A DNA stretch of 64,000 bases from Pseudomonadota bacterium (GCA_027320085.1 DAHVLZ010000011.1:64155-128154); one strand, 5' to 3'; counted from the stretch's first letter, positions 18,861-30,631 are shown. Numbers and translations are program-made. The notes: generated from the sequence alone by a model not told the origin.

Positions 18861-20299
18861 CCGGAACGCTCCCGGCGCTTTTGGATCAGGACATTCAAGG
18901 TCTGGGGGTTGGCGCGGCCGCGGGTCGCCTGCATGACCTGGCCCACGAAAAAACCGAGAAGCTTGTCACGACCCGCGCAATACTCCTTCCACTGCGCGGG
19001 ATGGGCGGCAATCGTCTCCTCGATCACCCCCTCGAGGGCGGCGGTATCGCTCACCTGGCGCAGTCCCCGCGCGTCGATGATCTCGTCCACGGATCCCTCC
19101 CCAGCCCAGAGTGCCTCGAAAACGGTCTTGGCCAGTGGACCGGACAGGGTTCCGTCCGAGATGCGGGCAAGCAGGAGCGCGAGCGGCGCAGCCGGAACCG
19201 GAATCTGGTCGACCTCGAGATGGTCGCGGTTGAGCTTGGCCAATACTTCGCCCAGGATCCAGTTGGCCAGAAGCTTGGGATCAGGGGCTCCGGCCCGATG
19301 GGCGGACTCGTAGTAGTCGGCGAGTTCACGGGACTGGGTCAGCACGGCGGCATCATAGGAGCCCAGGCCGTATTCGGACTGAAAGCGCTCGCGCTTGGCC
19401 GCCGGGAGCTCCGGCAACGCCGCCCGGATCCCTTCGATGAACGACTCCTCAAGCACCAGCGGCAGGAGGTCGGGGTCGGGGAAATAGCGGTAATCATGCG
19501 CCTCCTCCTTGCTCCGCAACGGACGGGTTTCGCGCCGGTCGGGATCATACAAGCGGGTCTCCTGGACAACCTCGCCGCCGGCTTCGCGCAGCCGGATCTG
19601 CCGGTCGGCCTCATAACGGAGGGCCTGCTCGACAAAGCGGAAGGAGTTCAGGTTCTTGATCTCGGTGCGGGTGCCGAGGCGGGTCTCGCCCACCGGCCGG
19701 ACCGAGAGGTTGGCATCACAGCGGAAGGAGCCTTCCTGCAGGTTGCCGTCGGAAATGCCGAGGTAACGGACCAAGGTATGGAGACCCTTGAGATAGGCGA
19801 CCGCTTGGGCGGGCGAACGGAGATCCGGTTCGGAGACGATCTCGAGGAGCGGTGTTCCCGCGCGGTTGAGGTCGATGCCGCTCGCATCCGCAAAGCGGTC
19901 ATGAACCGATTTGCCGGCATCCTCCTCGAGATGGGCCCGGGTGATACCCACCCGCTTCACAATGCCTTCCGGCAGCGGAACCTCGAGCGATCCGCCCTGG
20001 ACGATCGGCTGGTCATACTGGCTGATCTGATAGCCCTTGGGCAGATCCGGATAAAAGTAATTCTTTCGGGCAAAGACCGAACGTCGCGAGACCGTGGCGC
20101 CAATGGCCAGCCCGAAACGAACGGCCAGTTCGACCGCACGCCGATTGAGTACCGGCAGAACGCCGGGATAACCGAGGTCGATGAGTCCTGCCTGCGTATT
20201 CGGCGGAGCCCCGTAACGGGTTGCCGTCGTCGAAAAAATCTTGCTTTCGGTCAAAAGCTGGACATGCACCTCCAGGCCGATCACGGTCTCCCAGCTCAT
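18857..20299 (-). CDS. gatB: Asp/Glu-tRNA amidotransferase subunit B
   Basis: [45 protein letters not shown]. Confidence 0.97.
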   Translation of the reverse strand: MSWETVIGLEVHVQLLTESKIFSTTATRYGAPPNTQAGLIDLGYPGVLPVLNRRAVELAVRFGLAIGATVSRRSVFARKNYFYPDLPKGYQISQYDQPIVQGGSLEVPLPEGIVKRVGITRAHLEEDAGKSVHDRFADASGIDLNRAGTPLLEIVSEPDLRSPAQAVAYLKGLHTLVRYLGISDGNLQEGSFRCDANLSVRPVGETRLGTRTEIKNLNSFRFVEQALRYEADRQIRLREAGGEVVQETRLYDPDRRETRPLRSKEEAHDYRYFPDPDLLPLVLEESFIEGIRAALPELPAAKRERFQSEYGLGSYDAAVLTQSRELADYYESAHRAGAPDPKLLANWILGEVLAKLNRDHLEVDQIPVPAAPLALLLARISDGTLSGPLAKTVFEALWAGEGSVDEIIDARGLRQVSDTAALEGVIEETIAAHPAQWKEYCAGRDKLLGFFVGQVMQATRGRANPQTLNVLIQKRRERSG

Positions 20300-21729
20300 C
20301 CCGTCCCCCCTTCGAAACCAGGCGGCTCGGCCCGGTGCCAGTCGGTCCGTCCCTGGTAATCGGCGGCGGTGGCAAACAGGGTCTCCTCGTCGAAATCGCG
20401 CCCGATCAACTGCAAGCCGACCGGCAAACCGTCGACCAGACCCGCCGGCACGGAGACAGCCGGCAGTCCCGCCAGGTTGACGCCGATCGTGTAGATGTCA
20501 TTGAGATACATCGTGAGCGGATCGGCGGTCTTCTCGCCGAGCCGGAACGCCGGGGTCGGGGTCGTCGGTCCGGCCAGGAGATCGACCGACTCGAACGCCT
20601 TGAGGAAGTCGTCGCGGATCAGGCGTCGGACCCGCTGTGCCTTGAGGAAATAGGCATCGTAGTAGCCATGCGACAGCACATAGGTTCCGATCAAAATACG
20701 GCGCTGCACCTCCGCCCCGAAGCCTTCACTGCGCGAGCGGCAATAGAGATCGGCCAAATCCCTGGGTTCTCGGGCCCGGTGACCGTATCGGACGCCGTCA
20801 TAGCGGGCCAGATTCGAGGAGCATTCGGCGGGTGCGAGCACATAGTAGACCGGCACGGAGAGTGACAGGTGCGGGAGGGTGACATCGATGAGCCGCGCAC
20901 CCGCTGCCTCGAGGACGGACAGAGCCTCCCGGACCCTGGCGGCCACAGCCGGCCACAGTCCGTCGTCGAAAAAGTTCTGGACAACGCCGATCCGGAGCCC
21001 GCGGACACCGCGGGTCAGCGCGGCGACATAGTCCGGCACCGGCCGATCGACACTGGTCGAGTCCCGGGGATCGTGGCCGGCCATCTCCCGGAGCACCCAG
21101 GCGGCGTCCTCGGCCGAACGGGCCAAAACCCCGGCCTGGTCCAGGCTCGAGGCAAAGGCGATCATGCCGAACCGGGAGACCCGCCCATAGCTGGGCTTGA
21201 AACCGGTAATTCCACACAGGGCGGCCGGCTGGCGGATGGATCCTCCGGTATCGGTTCCCGTCGCCACCGGCACCAATCCGGCGGCCACTGCGGCAGCGGA
21301 TCCGCCCGAGGAACCGCCCGGCACCCGTTCGGGATCCCAGGGATTCCGCACCGGGCCGAAGGCGCTCGTCTCGTTCGACGAGCCCATGGCAAACTCATCC
21401 ATGTTGGTCTTCCCGATCACGGTGCAACCCGCCTGATCCAGCCGCTCCACGACGCCGGCATCGTAGGGGGGGATGAACTCGGCGAGCATGCGCGAGCCGC
21501 ACGTGGTCGGGATACCACGGGTCACGAAGAGGTCCTTGTGGGCGATGGGCAGTCCGGCAAGGCGGCGGACATCCGCCGCCGCGGGAGGCGCTTTTCGGTC
21601 CACCGGGGTGATGAAGGCATTGAGCCGGGGATTGAAGATGCGGATGCGTTCCCGGTAGTATTCGACCGCCAAGCGGGCCTCGCGGCCAGATGCCGCGACG
21701 AGTTCGGGAACTCGGGAACGGGGCTTCAT
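20296..21729 (-). CDS. gatA: Asp/Glu-tRNA amidotransferase subunit A
   Basis: [40 protein letters not shown]. Confidence 0.97.
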   Translation of the reverse strand: MKPRSRVPELVAASGREARLAVEYYRERIRIFNPRLNAFITPVDRKAPPAAADVRRLAGLPIAHKDLFVTRGIPTTCGSRMLAEFIPPYDAGVVERLDQAGCTVIGKTNMDEFAMGSSNETSAFGPVRNPWDPERVPGGSSGGSAAAVAAGLVPVATGTDTGGSIRQPAALCGITGFKPSYGRVSRFGMIAFASSLDQAGVLARSAEDAAWVLREMAGHDPRDSTSVDRPVPDYVAALTRGVRGLRIGVVQNFFDDGLWPAVAARVREALSVLEAAGARLIDVTLPHLSLSVPVYYVLAPAECSSNLARYDGVRYGHRAREPRDLADLYCRSRSEGFGAEVQRRILIGTYVLSHGYYDAYFLKAQRVRRLIRDDFLKAFESVDLLAGPTTPTPAFRLGEKTADPLTMYLNDIYTIGVNLAGLPAVSVPAGLVDGLPVGLQLIGRDFDEETLFATAADYQGRTDWHRAEPPGFEGGTG

Positions 21730-21742
21730 GGGCGTGAGAGAC

Positions 21743-22027
21743 TCACTCGATCACCCGCGGCACCCGGTAGTAGCCATCCTCCACATCGGGTGCGGATTTC
21801 TGGATCACCTCGCGGTCCACCGGCTCACGAACCTCATCATCGCGGAGGGGCTGGACGAGATCCAGGGGATGCACGAGCGGCTCGATCGCCCCGGTCGAGG
21901 TGGCCTCGAGTTGACGGACGAAGCCGAGAATCCGGTCCAGTTCCCGGACCAGCCGGTCCTCGTCCTCGGAACGCGCCTCGAGACGCGCCAGGACTGACAG
22001 TCGTTTGACTTCCTCGGCAGAGAGCAT
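21743..22027 (-). CDS. gatC: Asp/Glu-tRNA amidotransferase subunit C
   Basis: LARLE…PLRDDEV…[10 protein letters not shown]; upstream of gatA. Confidence 0.93.
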   Translation of the reverse strand: MLSAEEVKRLSVLARLEARSEDEDRLVRELDRILGFVRQLEATSTGAIEPLVHPLDLVQPLRDDEVREPVDREVIQKSAPDVEDGYYRVPRVIE

Positions 22028-22126
22028 GGAAACCCGGGGAGAAAACCCGGACGGCATTTTAGCAACTCTTGCGTCCCTGCGGTACGGTTGCTAGAGTATC
22101 GCATACTCTCCGGCGAACAAAATCCC

Positions 22127-23179
22127 ATGTTTTCCCGCCTGACGCGCTACTTTTCCACCGATCTCTCCATCGATCTCGGCACGGCCAACACGCTGATCTA
22201 CGTGCGCGGTCAGGGCATCATCCTGAATGAGCCGTCCGTGGTCGCCGTCCGCGAGGAATCCGATCACGGCAACCGCAAGATCGAGGCCTACGGAGCCGAG
22301 GCCAAGATGATGCTCGGCCGCACGCCCGGTCACATCTCGGCCATCCGGCCGCTCAAGAATGGCGTGATCTCCGACTTCACCCTGACCGAACAGATGCTCA
22401 AGCACTTCATCCGCAAGGCACAAAGCCAGCAATGGCTGCCCCTGAGCCCCCGGGTCGTGGTCTGCGTGCCGTTCGGATCGAACCCGGTGGAACGGCGGGC
22501 GATCCTGGACTCCGCCCATGGGGCCGGCGCCCGCCAGGTCTACCTGCTCGAGGAACCGGTGGCCGCCGCGCTCGGCGCCGGCCTGGCCATCCATGAGGCC
22601 AAGGGTGCCATGGTGCTCGATATCGGCGGCGGGACCTCCGAGGCCGCGGTCATTTCGCTCAACGGGATCGTCTACGCCCAATCGGTGAGGCTCGGCGGCG
22701 ATCGTTTCGACGAAGCCATCCAGCAGTACATCCGCCGCAACTACAACCTCCTGATCGGGGAATCCACTGCCGAACGGATCAAGATCGAGATCGGCTGCGC
22801 GTTTCCGACCCAACAGGTTCGCGACTTCGAGGTGCGCGGCCGGAGCCTGTCCGAGGGAGTGCCGCGCAGCCTCACCATCAACAGCAACGAGGTCCTGGAA
22901 GCGCTCCAGGAGCCCCTGAGCGGCATCATCGACGCCATCCGCCAGACTCTGGAGCAGACCCCGCCCGAACTCGCCGCCGACATCTCCGAACGCGGGATCG
23001 TCCTGAGCGGAGGCGGCGCCCTGCTCCGCGACATGGACAAACTCATCACCGAGGAAACGGGGATTCCCGTGATCGTGGCCGAGGATCCCATGACCTGCGT
23101 CGCCCGGGGCGGCGGCCGCGTCCTCGAGATGCTGGAGACGTCCGGACGGATTCCGATTCCGCTGTCCCAAGTCCGCTGA
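22127..23179 (+). CDS. mreB: Rod shape-determining protein MreB
   Basis: [25 protein letters not shown]. Confidence 0.97.
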   Translation: MFSRLTRYFSTDLSIDLGTANTLIYVRGQGIILNEPSVVAVREESDHGNRKIEAYGAEAKMMLGRTPGHISAIRPLKNGVISDFTLTEQMLKHFIRKAQSQQWLPLSPRVVVCVPFGSNPVERRAILDSAHGAGARQVYLLEEPVAAALGAGLAIHEAKGAMVLDIGGGTSEAAVISLNGIVYAQSVRLGGDRFDEAIQQYIRRNYNLLIGESTAERIKIEIGCAFPTQQVRDFEVRGRSLSEGVPRSLTINSNEVLEALQEPLSGIIDAIRQTLEQTPPELAADISERGIVLSGGGALLRDMDKLITEETGIPVIVAEDPMTCVARGGGRVLEMLETSGRIPIPLSQVR

Positions 23180-23182
23180 GCC

Positions 23183-24070
23183 ATGCGGTTCTGGCCGTCA
23201 CGCAACCGGTCTCCCGTCAGCCTCTTTCACCGCCAATCCTTTCTGGCTCTGCGTCTCGCCTGCGCCCTGACCGCCTCGGTCACCCTCCTCGTTTGGTCCC
23301 ATGGGCAACCGGCGGGCAGCCCGCTTTCCGTTTTCGCCACCCGACTCGGGATCCTGATCGAGCAACCCGTCGCCACGACGGTCTCGGCGATTGCCTCGAT
23401 CGGGCCGACCTTTACCCGCCAAGGGGTTTTGGAGCAGCGGATCCAGACCCTGGAACACCGACTGCTCAAGCTGCGAGCCCGCCTGACCCGTGACCATTCC
23501 CTGGCCTTCGAGAACGCGCGCCTGAAGGCCCTTTTGGGCCGGGCGCGTACCCTGAAACAGGCCTATCGGGTCGTGCATGTGCTCCGTGTCGACCTCAACC
23601 CCTACCGTCAGGAACTCCTCGTCGGAGCCGGACCGGGCCTGCGCTTGAGGCCGGGCGAGGCTGTGGTCGATGCCCACGGACTGGTCGGCCAGATCGTGGC
23701 CACAACGGCCCACACGGCACGGGTCCTGCTCATCACCGACCCCGGACAGATGGTCCCGGTCGAGGTCGCAGCGACCGGCCTTTTGACCTTCACTGTCGGC
23801 ACCGGCTCACCCGCGCGACTGAGGCTGCCCTTCATTTCGAACCAGCCGACCGGCATTCGTCCCGGTCAACTGCTCATCTCCTCCGGGCTGGGTGGACATT
23901 ACCCGCACGGATTCCCGGTGGCGGTGGTCACCCGCGTCAACCCCCGACCGGATCGTTCCTTTGCCTACGTCACGGCACGTCCACTGGCGGCCCTGTCCGA
24001 GGACCGCGAACTTCTGGTCCTGACCGCCCCCGTCGGGCACCCGCCCCCCGGCCGCAGACCCATCCGGTGA
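23183..24070 (+). CDS. mreC: Rod shape-determining protein MreC
   Basis: ENARLKALL, GLVGQI, ARVLLITD, SSGLGGHYPHGFPVA; operon position. Confidence 0.92.
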   Translation: MRFWPSRNRSPVSLFHRQSFLALRLACALTASVTLLVWSHGQPAGSPLSVFATRLGILIEQPVATTVSAIASIGPTFTRQGVLEQRIQTLEHRLLKLRARLTRDHSLAFENARLKALLGRARTLKQAYRVVHVLRVDLNPYRQELLVGAGPGLRLRPGEAVVDAHGLVGQIVATTAHTARVLLITDPGQMVPVEVAATGLLTFTVGTGSPARLRLPFISNQPTGIRPGQLLISSGLGGHYPHGFPVAVVTRVNPRPDRSFAYVTARPLAALSEDRELLVLTAPVGHPPPGRRPIR

Positions 24071-24549
24071 CGGGCCTGCGCTCCTATGCCCTCATTGCAG
24101 CCACGCTGCTTGGGGCCCTCCTCGTCTCCGTCCTGCCCTACCCTCACGCCTATCTTCTGGGCCGGCCACTCTGGCTGCCCCTCGTCACCGGCTACTGGTG
24201 CCTGGCCGCTCCTCGCCGGATGGGCATTTTCACCGCCTGGACGGCCGGCCTTCTGGCCGATGCCGCGCTGGCCAGTCCCTTTGGGGAACATGCGCTCGCT
24301 TTGTCGGTCTTTGCCTACATGATGTCCCGCTATCACCTGAGGATCCGCAACCTCCCGATGGGGCTCCAGATGCTGTTCGTCGGCCTCAATCTCCTCCTCT
24401 ACGAGTTTTTGATCTTCTGGATCAACGGGCTTACTTCCAAAACGGGACCGATCCTGCCCTACGGGCTGCCGGTTCTCGTGAGCACAGCCCTCTGGCCCCT
24501 GGTCTTCTTCCCCCTGCGCAGGCTGCGCCGCCGGTACCGGATACACTGA
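24067..24549 (+). CDS. mreD: Rod shape-determining protein MreD
   Basis: Hydrophobic 160 aa with YW…GLLAD…GEHAL; operon position. Confidence 0.9.
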   Translation: MTGLRSYALIAATLLGALLVSVLPYPHAYLLGRPLWLPLVTGYWCLAAPRRMGIFTAWTAGLLADAALASPFGEHALALSVFAYMMSRYHLRIRNLPMGLQMLFVGLNLLLYEFLIFWINGLTSKTGPILPYGLPVLVSTALWPLVFFPLRRLRRRYRIH

Positions 24550-24553
24550 GCAG

Positions 24554-26464
24554 ATGAACGCGGACGCACCCGTCCCGAATCCCTCGCGGGAATATCACCT
24601 GTTCCGCCGCCGGCTGATCCTGGCTCTCGTCATCGGCAGCCTCCTGGTGATCACGGTCGTGGCCCGGCTGGTTACGCTCCAACTGATCGACCACCGGCAT
24701 TTCGACGCCCTGGCCCGCGGCAACCGCATCCGCACACTGCCCATCGATCCCCCGCGTGGACTCATCATGGACCGCCACGGCATCACCCTCGCGGAAAACA
24801 TCCCGAGTTACGAACTCGTGATCAACCGGGACGAGGTCCTGAACCTCAACCAGACGATCCGGCGGATCCGCGCCATCGTGCCACTCCGACCGGAGGATCT
24901 CCGACTGTTCTGGCAGCTGGTCCGGGTGGAACCCCCCTATGAACCGGTTCCGATCCGCCGCGACATGAGTGCCCGTCTCGCCGCCCGTCTCGCCGTGAAC
25001 CTGTCGCGCCTGCCCGGAGTCAGCATCGAGGCCCATCTCAAGCGCTTCTATCCGCTGGGACCGATCGGCGCACACCTTTTGGGCTACGTCGGCCCCATCC
25101 ATTCGCGTGAACTGCGAAGGAATCCGGGCAAGCTCTACAATGCGGATTCAGACGTGGGCCAGGAGGGGCTCGAACTCAGCTTCGAGAATCTGCTCTACGG
25201 CATCCCCGGGGAGAGGACCGTCGAGATCAACGTGGCCGGCGGCCTGGTCCGCAAGCTGCGGACGGTTCCGCCGGTTCCCGGCGACTCCCTGATCTTGACG
25301 ATCGACGCCCGCCTCCAGGCCATCGCCCATGCGGCGCTCGGCCGGAACGCCGGTGCGGTCGTGGCCCTCGACCCCCGGACCGGCGGTATTCTCGCCATGG
25401 CCAGCACCCCGAGCTATAACCCCAATCTCTTCGTGAACGGGATCAGCAATGCCGCCTACCGGCGTCTCGCCGACAACCCCCTCCGCCCCCTGTTCAATCG
25501 CGTACTCCAGGGAGAATACGCCCCGGCCTCCACCATCAAGCCATTCATCAGCCTGGCCGTCCTGAACGACCGGGTGATCACCCCGGACACCACCATTTAC
25601 TGCCCGGGCACCTTCGTCCTGCCGGGCACCACCCATGTCTACCACGACTGGCAGCCCTGGGGGCATGGGGTCACCAACTTGCGCAAGGCCATCACCCAGT
25701 CGGTCGATGTCTTTTTCTATCACATGGCGGTCGACCTGGGCATTCACCGGCTCGATACCTTCGTCCGCCAGTTCGGTTTCGGCCAGCGGCCGCCGATCGA
25801 CCTCATCGGGGCACGGGCCGGTGTCTTGCCCTCGCCGGCCTGGAAGCTCGCCCATACGGACAAGCCCTGGTACGAGGGGAATACCGTCATCTCGGGGATC
25901 GGCGAAGGTTTCTGGCTCGTGACCCCCCTGCAGATGGCCGTGGCGCTGGGGACGCTTGCCGCTCACGGCCAGCGCTTCCGTCCCCGGGTCGTCCACGCCA
26001 TCCTCGATCCCATGAACCACCGCATCGCCCAGATGGTCCCGGAAGCCGAGCGGCCGATCCGCCTCAATCGTCCCGGACTCTGGCACATCGTGATCCGAGA
26101 CATGGAAAGCGTGATCAAGAATCCCACGGGCACCGCGCACGGCATCGACGCCGGTCTCCGCTATCCGCTCGCGGCAAAGACCGGCACGGCCCAGGTCAGC
26201 AACCTGGACCGCAACGATTTCGGGGACTACCACCTTTTGCCCAAGAACGAGCGGGACAACGCGGTCTTCGTCGCCTTCGGCCCGGTTCCCCATCCCCAAA
26301 TCGCAGTGGCTGTCTTTGTTGAACATGGCGTGGCCGGAGCGCTGACCGGTGCACCGATCGCCCGCCGCCTCATCGACGCCTTCCTCGAATCCCGTGGCCT
26401 GCCACCCGAGCGTCACCCCTACGCCTCGCTCACGAATCACGATCCTCCCGCCCCCCGGCACTGA
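24554..26464 (+). CDS. mrdA: Penicillin-binding protein 2
   Basis: PPRGLIMDRHG, PASTIKP (SxxK), SVD (SxD), AKTGTAQ. Confidence 0.95.
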   Translation: MNADAPVPNPSREYHLFRRRLILALVIGSLLVITVVARLVTLQLIDHRHFDALARGNRIRTLPIDPPRGLIMDRHGITLAENIPSYELVINRDEVLNLNQTIRRIRAIVPLRPEDLRLFWQLVRVEPPYEPVPIRRDMSARLAARLAVNLSRLPGVSIEAHLKRFYPLGPIGAHLLGYVGPIHSRELRRNPGKLYNADSDVGQEGLELSFENLLYGIPGERTVEINVAGGLVRKLRTVPPVPGDSLILTIDARLQAIAHAALGRNAGAVVALDPRTGGILAMASTPSYNPNLFVNGISNAAYRRLADNPLRPLFNRVLQGEYAPASTIKPFISLAVLNDRVITPDTTIYCPGTFVLPGTTHVYHDWQPWGHGVTNLRKAITQSVDVFFYHMAVDLGIHRLDTFVRQFGFGQRPPIDLIGARAGVLPSPAWKLAHTDKPWYEGNTVISGIGEGFWLVTPLQMAVALGTLAAHGQRFRPRVVHAILDPMNHRIAQMVPEAERPIRLNRPGLWHIVIRDMESVIKNPTGTAHGIDAGLRYPLAAKTGTAQVSNLDRNDFGDYHLLPKNERDNAVFVAFGPVPHPQIAVAVFVEHGVAGALTGAPIARRLIDAFLESRGLPPERHPYASLTNHDPPAPRH

Positions 26465-26521
26465 TCTTCCTCAATCGTTCCGGCTGTGGCACACTGATAG
26501 CCTATCCAGCGTGCATCCAGA

Positions 26522-27676
26522 GTGGCCAGCCGTATCGCCCTTCCGCTCCCCGACTCGAGCACCCGCGCCCGGGACTCCGAGAATCTCGGTCCCGGCTGGA
26601 CCGCCTACCTGCACCTCGATGGCACCCTCCTCGTCGAACTGGCCCTCCTGGCCCTCTTCGGACTGGTCTCCCTCTATGGCGCCGGGCACGGCCACTTCAC
26701 ACTGGCCGAAAAGCAGCTGATCCGGGTGCTTTTGGGCTTCGCGATCCTCCTCGCCGTGGCCCAGGTCCCACCGGTCTACTACCGGCTGGCCGCCCCCTGG
26801 TTCTACACGGGCGCGCTCCTGCTTCTCGGCGCCGTCCTGATCTTCGGACACACGCGTCTCGGGGCCCAACGCTGGCTCAACCTCGGCTTCGTGAGGATCG
26901 AGCCCACCGAACTCATGATCCTCGCGCTTCCCCTCATGCTGACCCGCTACCTCGCCTCCACCCCTCCCCCTCCGGACTGGAAACATATCGGGGTGAGCCT
27001 GGTTCTGATCGGTCTCCCCCTGGCGCTCATCCTGAAGCAGCCCGACCTGGGTTCCGCCCTTCTCATCGGGCTGATCGGTGTGTTCTGCCTCTTCCTGTCC
27101 GGAATCCGCTGGCGCTACCTCGTCGTCGGCCTGCTCCTGATCGCCGCCCTGGCTCCGGTCGCCTGGCACTTCATGCACCAGTACCAGCAGGAGAGAATCC
27201 TCATCTTCCTGAATCCGGAACGCGATCCTTTGGGCGCCGGCTATCACATCATCCAGTCCCAGATCGCCCTGGGTTCGGGTGGCCTCTTCGGACGGGGATT
27301 GCTCCACGGCAGCCAGACCCGGCTCGACTTCCTGCCGGAAAGCACGACCGACTTCATCTTCGCCGTCATCGGGGAGCAGTTCGGACTGCTCGGCGCCCTG
27401 GCGCTCATCCTCCTGTTTCTCCTCCTGGTCCAGAGGACCCTGTGGCTGGCCTTTCGGATGGATGCCCGCTTCGGGCGGCTTTGGACCACGACTTTGGCCT
27501 TCATCATCTTTCTCTATCTCATCGTGAACGTGGGCATGGTCTCCGGACTTTTGCCGGTGGTGGGCGAACCCCTGCCCTTCGTGAGTTTCGGGGGCTCCGC
27601 CATCGTGACGCTCATGGCCGGGTTCGGCAGCATCATGAACCTCGCGCGCGAACCCCGCCTCTCATCCACCCGCTGA
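26522..27676 (+). CDS. rodA: SEDS glycosyltransferase RodA
   Basis: GAQRW, QPDLG, GYHIIQSQIALGSGG, LPESTTDFIF, PLPFVSFGGS. Confidence 0.95.
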   Translation: MASRIALPLPDSSTRARDSENLGPGWTAYLHLDGTLLVELALLALFGLVSLYGAGHGHFTLAEKQLIRVLLGFAILLAVAQVPPVYYRLAAPWFYTGALLLLGAVLIFGHTRLGAQRWLNLGFVRIEPTELMILALPLMLTRYLASTPPPPDWKHIGVSLVLIGLPLALILKQPDLGSALLIGLIGVFCLFLSGIRWRYLVVGLLLIAALAPVAWHFMHQYQQERILIFLNPERDPLGAGYHIIQSQIALGSGGLFGRGLLHGSQTRLDFLPESTTDFIFAVIGEQFGLLGALALILLFLLLVQRTLWLAFRMDARFGRLWTTTLAFIIFLYLIVNVGMVSGLLPVVGEPLPFVSFGGSAIVTLMAGFGSIMNLAREPRLSSTR

Positions 27677-27677
27677 C

Positions 27678-28649
27678 ATGCGTCGCACGCTTTTGGCTTT
27701 GGCCTGTCTCTCCTGCCTCGGGCGCCCGGTCCCGGCCGCCCCCACCCGCCTCCCGTCCGATGCAGTCCGCACCTTCATCGCCCACATGGTGCGCGTCCAC
27801 CATTTCGACGCCCAGGCGCTCACGGCACTCTTCCGCAAGGCCCGACTCCTGCCGGGCGTGCTGGCCCTGATCCACCACCCCTACGAGGCACTGCCCTGGC
27901 GCCGCTACCGCGCACTCTTTGTCAACCCGGAAAAGATCCGGCTCGGGCAGGCCTGGCTCCGGGCCCATGCCCGCTCCATCCGACAGGAAGAGCGCCACTT
28001 CGGCGTCCCCGGCACCCTCATTGCCGCCATCCTGGGGGTCGAGACCAACTACGGCCGGATCACCGGGGAGATCCCGGCGCTGGACAGCCTGAGCACACTG
28101 GCGTTCGGGGATCCGAGGCGGGGGGGGTTTTTCCGTCATCAACTGAGCGGTTTTCTCCGGCTCTGCCGGCGGGAGCACTTCAACCCCCTGGCCATCCGCG
28201 GATCCTACGCCGGCGCGCTCGGCATCCCGCAGTTCATGCCAAACACCTACCTCAACTATGCGATCGGCCCCCCGCCGGGCCGGCGGGTCAACCTCTTCAC
28301 CAGCATGAGGAATGCGATCGACAGCGTGGCCCGGTACATCAGGGCCAAGGGTTGGCAACCGGGCCAGCCTGTCGCCATCGAGGTCGCCCTCGCACCCGAC
28401 CGGCCCCCTCCGGCCTCCGACCTCCTCGAAACCCCCACGCATGCCCGCGCCCTGCGCCGGGCCGGACTTCTCATTCCCCATCGCCTGTCCAACCACCTGA
28501 CCGTGGAGCTCGTGGCCCGGCCGGGACTCACGGATACCCACTACTGGCTCACACTCCCCAACTTCCAGTGCCTCATGGCCTACAACCCGAGCATCAACTA
28601 CACGATGGCGGTCTTCGAACTTGCCCTCCACCTCGCAGGACCATCCTGA
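27678..28649 (+). CDS. mltB: Lytic murein transglycosylase B
   Basis: AILGVETNYG, GSYAGALGIPQFMP, YNPSINYTMAV. Confidence 0.92.
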   Translation: MRRTLLALACLSCLGRPVPAAPTRLPSDAVRTFIAHMVRVHHFDAQALTALFRKARLLPGVLALIHHPYEALPWRRYRALFVNPEKIRLGQAWLRAHARSIRQEERHFGVPGTLIAAILGVETNYGRITGEIPALDSLSTLAFGDPRRGGFFRHQLSGFLRLCRREHFNPLAIRGSYAGALGIPQFMPNTYLNYAIGPPPGRRVNLFTSMRNAIDSVARYIRAKGWQPGQPVAIEVALAPDRPPPASDLLETPTHARALRRAGLLIPHRLSNHLTVELVARPGLTDTHYWLTLPNFQCLMAYNPSINYTMAVFELALHLAGPS

Positions 28650-29409
28650 AGGGTCGTGGGTTCCCCGACTCGGCCTCGGACTGGGGCTCCTTGTGCTCGC
28701 CGCCTGCGCGCCCTTTCCGAAACGGTCGGGAGAGCGGATGGGCCGGGCCACCTCCAGCAGCTCCTATGTGGTCGATGGCCGCCGCTATTACGTGCTCCAG
28801 AATGCCCTGGGCTACAACCAGCGGGGCATCGCCTCGTGGTACGGCCTCCATTCGATCGGCAAGCCCACGGCCAGCGGCATTCCCTACAATCCTGCCGCGC
28901 TCACGGCAGCCAGCAAGGTCCTGCCCCTCGGCACCTGGGTCCGGGTCACCAACCTGGTGAACGGCCGCCGGGTCAACGTCCGCATCGACGATCGGGGTCC
29001 TTTCGTGACGCACCGGATCATCGACCTGTCCTACGCGGCAGCCCGACGGCTGAGCATGATCGCGCGCGGCACCGCCCTGGTCGACGTCCGGGCCATTCCC
29101 CGTCCCACCCTGCCCGGTGCCGAGCGCTTTCGCCTCGCCCCGCCGCCCCTGCCCCGCAATCCGCTCGGGCACCCGCCCCGCATGTACCTCCAGGTGGGGG
29201 CCTATGCGCGGCGCGGGCGGGCGCTGGGTCTCGAACTCCATCTCATGCGGGAGGGGATCCACCCGCTCCGGCTGTTCCCGCTCCGGCGCCACCACCGGTT
29301 CCTCTACGTTCTCCAGGTGGGTCCGCTCGGGCACGTTCGGGAACTTGACCGCCTCGCCCGGCGTCTTAAGGCTCTGGGCTACCCGAACACGGAGGTCATC
29401 ATCCGCTGA
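28621..29409 (+). CDS. rlpA: Septal ring lytic transglycosylase RlpA (lipoprotein, SPOR domain)
   Basis: LAAC lipobox, GIASWYG, VRIDDRGPF…IIDLSYAAA, YLQVGAY. TTG start uncertain. Confidence 0.9.
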   Translation: MPSTSQDHPEGSWVPRLGLGLGLLVLAACAPFPKRSGERMGRATSSSSYVVDGRRYYVLQNALGYNQRGIASWYGLHSIGKPTASGIPYNPAALTAASKVLPLGTWVRVTNLVNGRRVNVRIDDRGPFVTHRIIDLSYAAARRLSMIARGTALVDVRAIPRPTLPGAERFRLAPPPLPRNPLGHPPRMYLQVGAYARRGRALGLELHLMREGIHPLRLFPLRRHHRFLYVLQVGPLGHVRELDRLARRLKALGYPNTEVIIR

Positions 29410-29477
29410 TCGGACCCGGACCCGGACTGCAGCCGGGTTAGAATTGCCACTTCACTGCCTGCCCGACGGAGCCCGCC

Positions 29478-30629
29478 TTGAAATCCCAAACCCGACGCCT
29501 TGGAGCCCTGGTTCTGGGCTCGCTGCTCTGTGCCCTCCCTCCCCTGGCCCACGCCGGCTTCCCCATTCCGCCGGCCCCGAGCTTCCACGCCAAAAGCTGG
29601 GTGCTCCTGGATGGACGCACCGGACAGATCCTGGCCCAGCATGATGCCGGCCAACACCTGGCCCCCGCCAGTCTCACCAAGCTCATGGTGGCCTACATCA
29701 CCTTCTCCGCCCTTAAGGCCGGCGCGATCCACCCCAACGAACGCTTCACCATCTCGACCGCGGCCTGGCACACCGGGGGTTCGCGCATGTTCCTCCTGCC
29801 GGGAAGCCACGTCACCGTGAACGACCTGCTCAAGGGACTCATCGTCGACTCCGGCAACGATGCCGCCGTGGCCCTGAGCCAGGCGGTGGCCGGCACCCGC
29901 GCGGCGATGGTGGGGCTCATGAACCGCTATGCCCGAAAGCTCGGCCTCCGCAATACCCACTACGAGGACGTCGACGGTCTGCCGGCCCCGGATCATTACA
30001 GCAGCGCCCGCGACATCGCCCGTCTGTCCCGCGACATCATCCGCACTTTTCCCGCCGAGTATCACCGCTACTTCGGGATCAAGTCCTTCACGTGGGATCA
30101 CATCACCCAGCAGAACCGGGTGAGCCTGCTCTGGATGGATTCCTGGGTCGACGGGCTCAAGACCGGCTACACCGCCCAGGCCGGCTACTGCATGGATGCC
30201 TCCGGCATCCAGAACGGCATGCGTCTCATCGCCGTGGTCATGGGGGCACCCTCCTGGAACGCACGGGTTGATGATGCCCAGGCGCTTCTCGACTGGGGCT
30301 TCAATTTCTTCCACGACCACGAGCTTTACCGGAAGGCGGCCCCGCTCGGCCGCGTCCGGGTCGCGCAGGGAACCCGGGGGTCCGTTCCGCTCGGTCTCAC
30401 CCGGTCGCTCTGGGTGACTGTCCCGAGACTGGACTATCGCTCGCTCAAGGCCGTCCTGGTCATCCCCAAACACGTCGAGGCCCCGGTCGCGACCACCCAG
30501 GCCGTGGGGACGCTCCGGGTGATGCTCGGACGCCACCTGCTCATCACCCGGCCGCTCTACCCGCTCATGGCCGTCCAGCGCGGCAACTGGTTCGAGCAGC
30601 TCCTGGACATGCTCGGACAGCTCTTCTAG
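29478..30629 (+). CDS. dacC: D-alanyl-D-alanine carboxypeptidase (PBP5/6 family)
   Basis: PASLTKLM, SGNDA, DGLKTGYT. Confidence 0.92.
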   Translation: MKSQTRRLGALVLGSLLCALPPLAHAGFPIPPAPSFHAKSWVLLDGRTGQILAQHDAGQHLAPASLTKLMVAYITFSALKAGAIHPNERFTISTAAWHTGGSRMFLLPGSHVTVNDLLKGLIVDSGNDAAVALSQAVAGTRAAMVGLMNRYARKLGLRNTHYEDVDGLPAPDHYSSARDIARLSRDIIRTFPAEYHRYFGIKSFTWDHITQQNRVSLLWMDSWVDGLKTGYTAQAGYCMDASGIQNGMRLIAVVMGAPSWNARVDDAQALLDWGFNFFHDHELYRKAAPLGRVRVAQGTRGSVPLGLTRSLWVTVPRLDYRSLKAVLVIPKHVEAPVATTQAVGTLRVMLGRHLLITRPLYPLMAVQRGNWFEQLLDMLGQLF

Positions 30630-30631
30630 CG

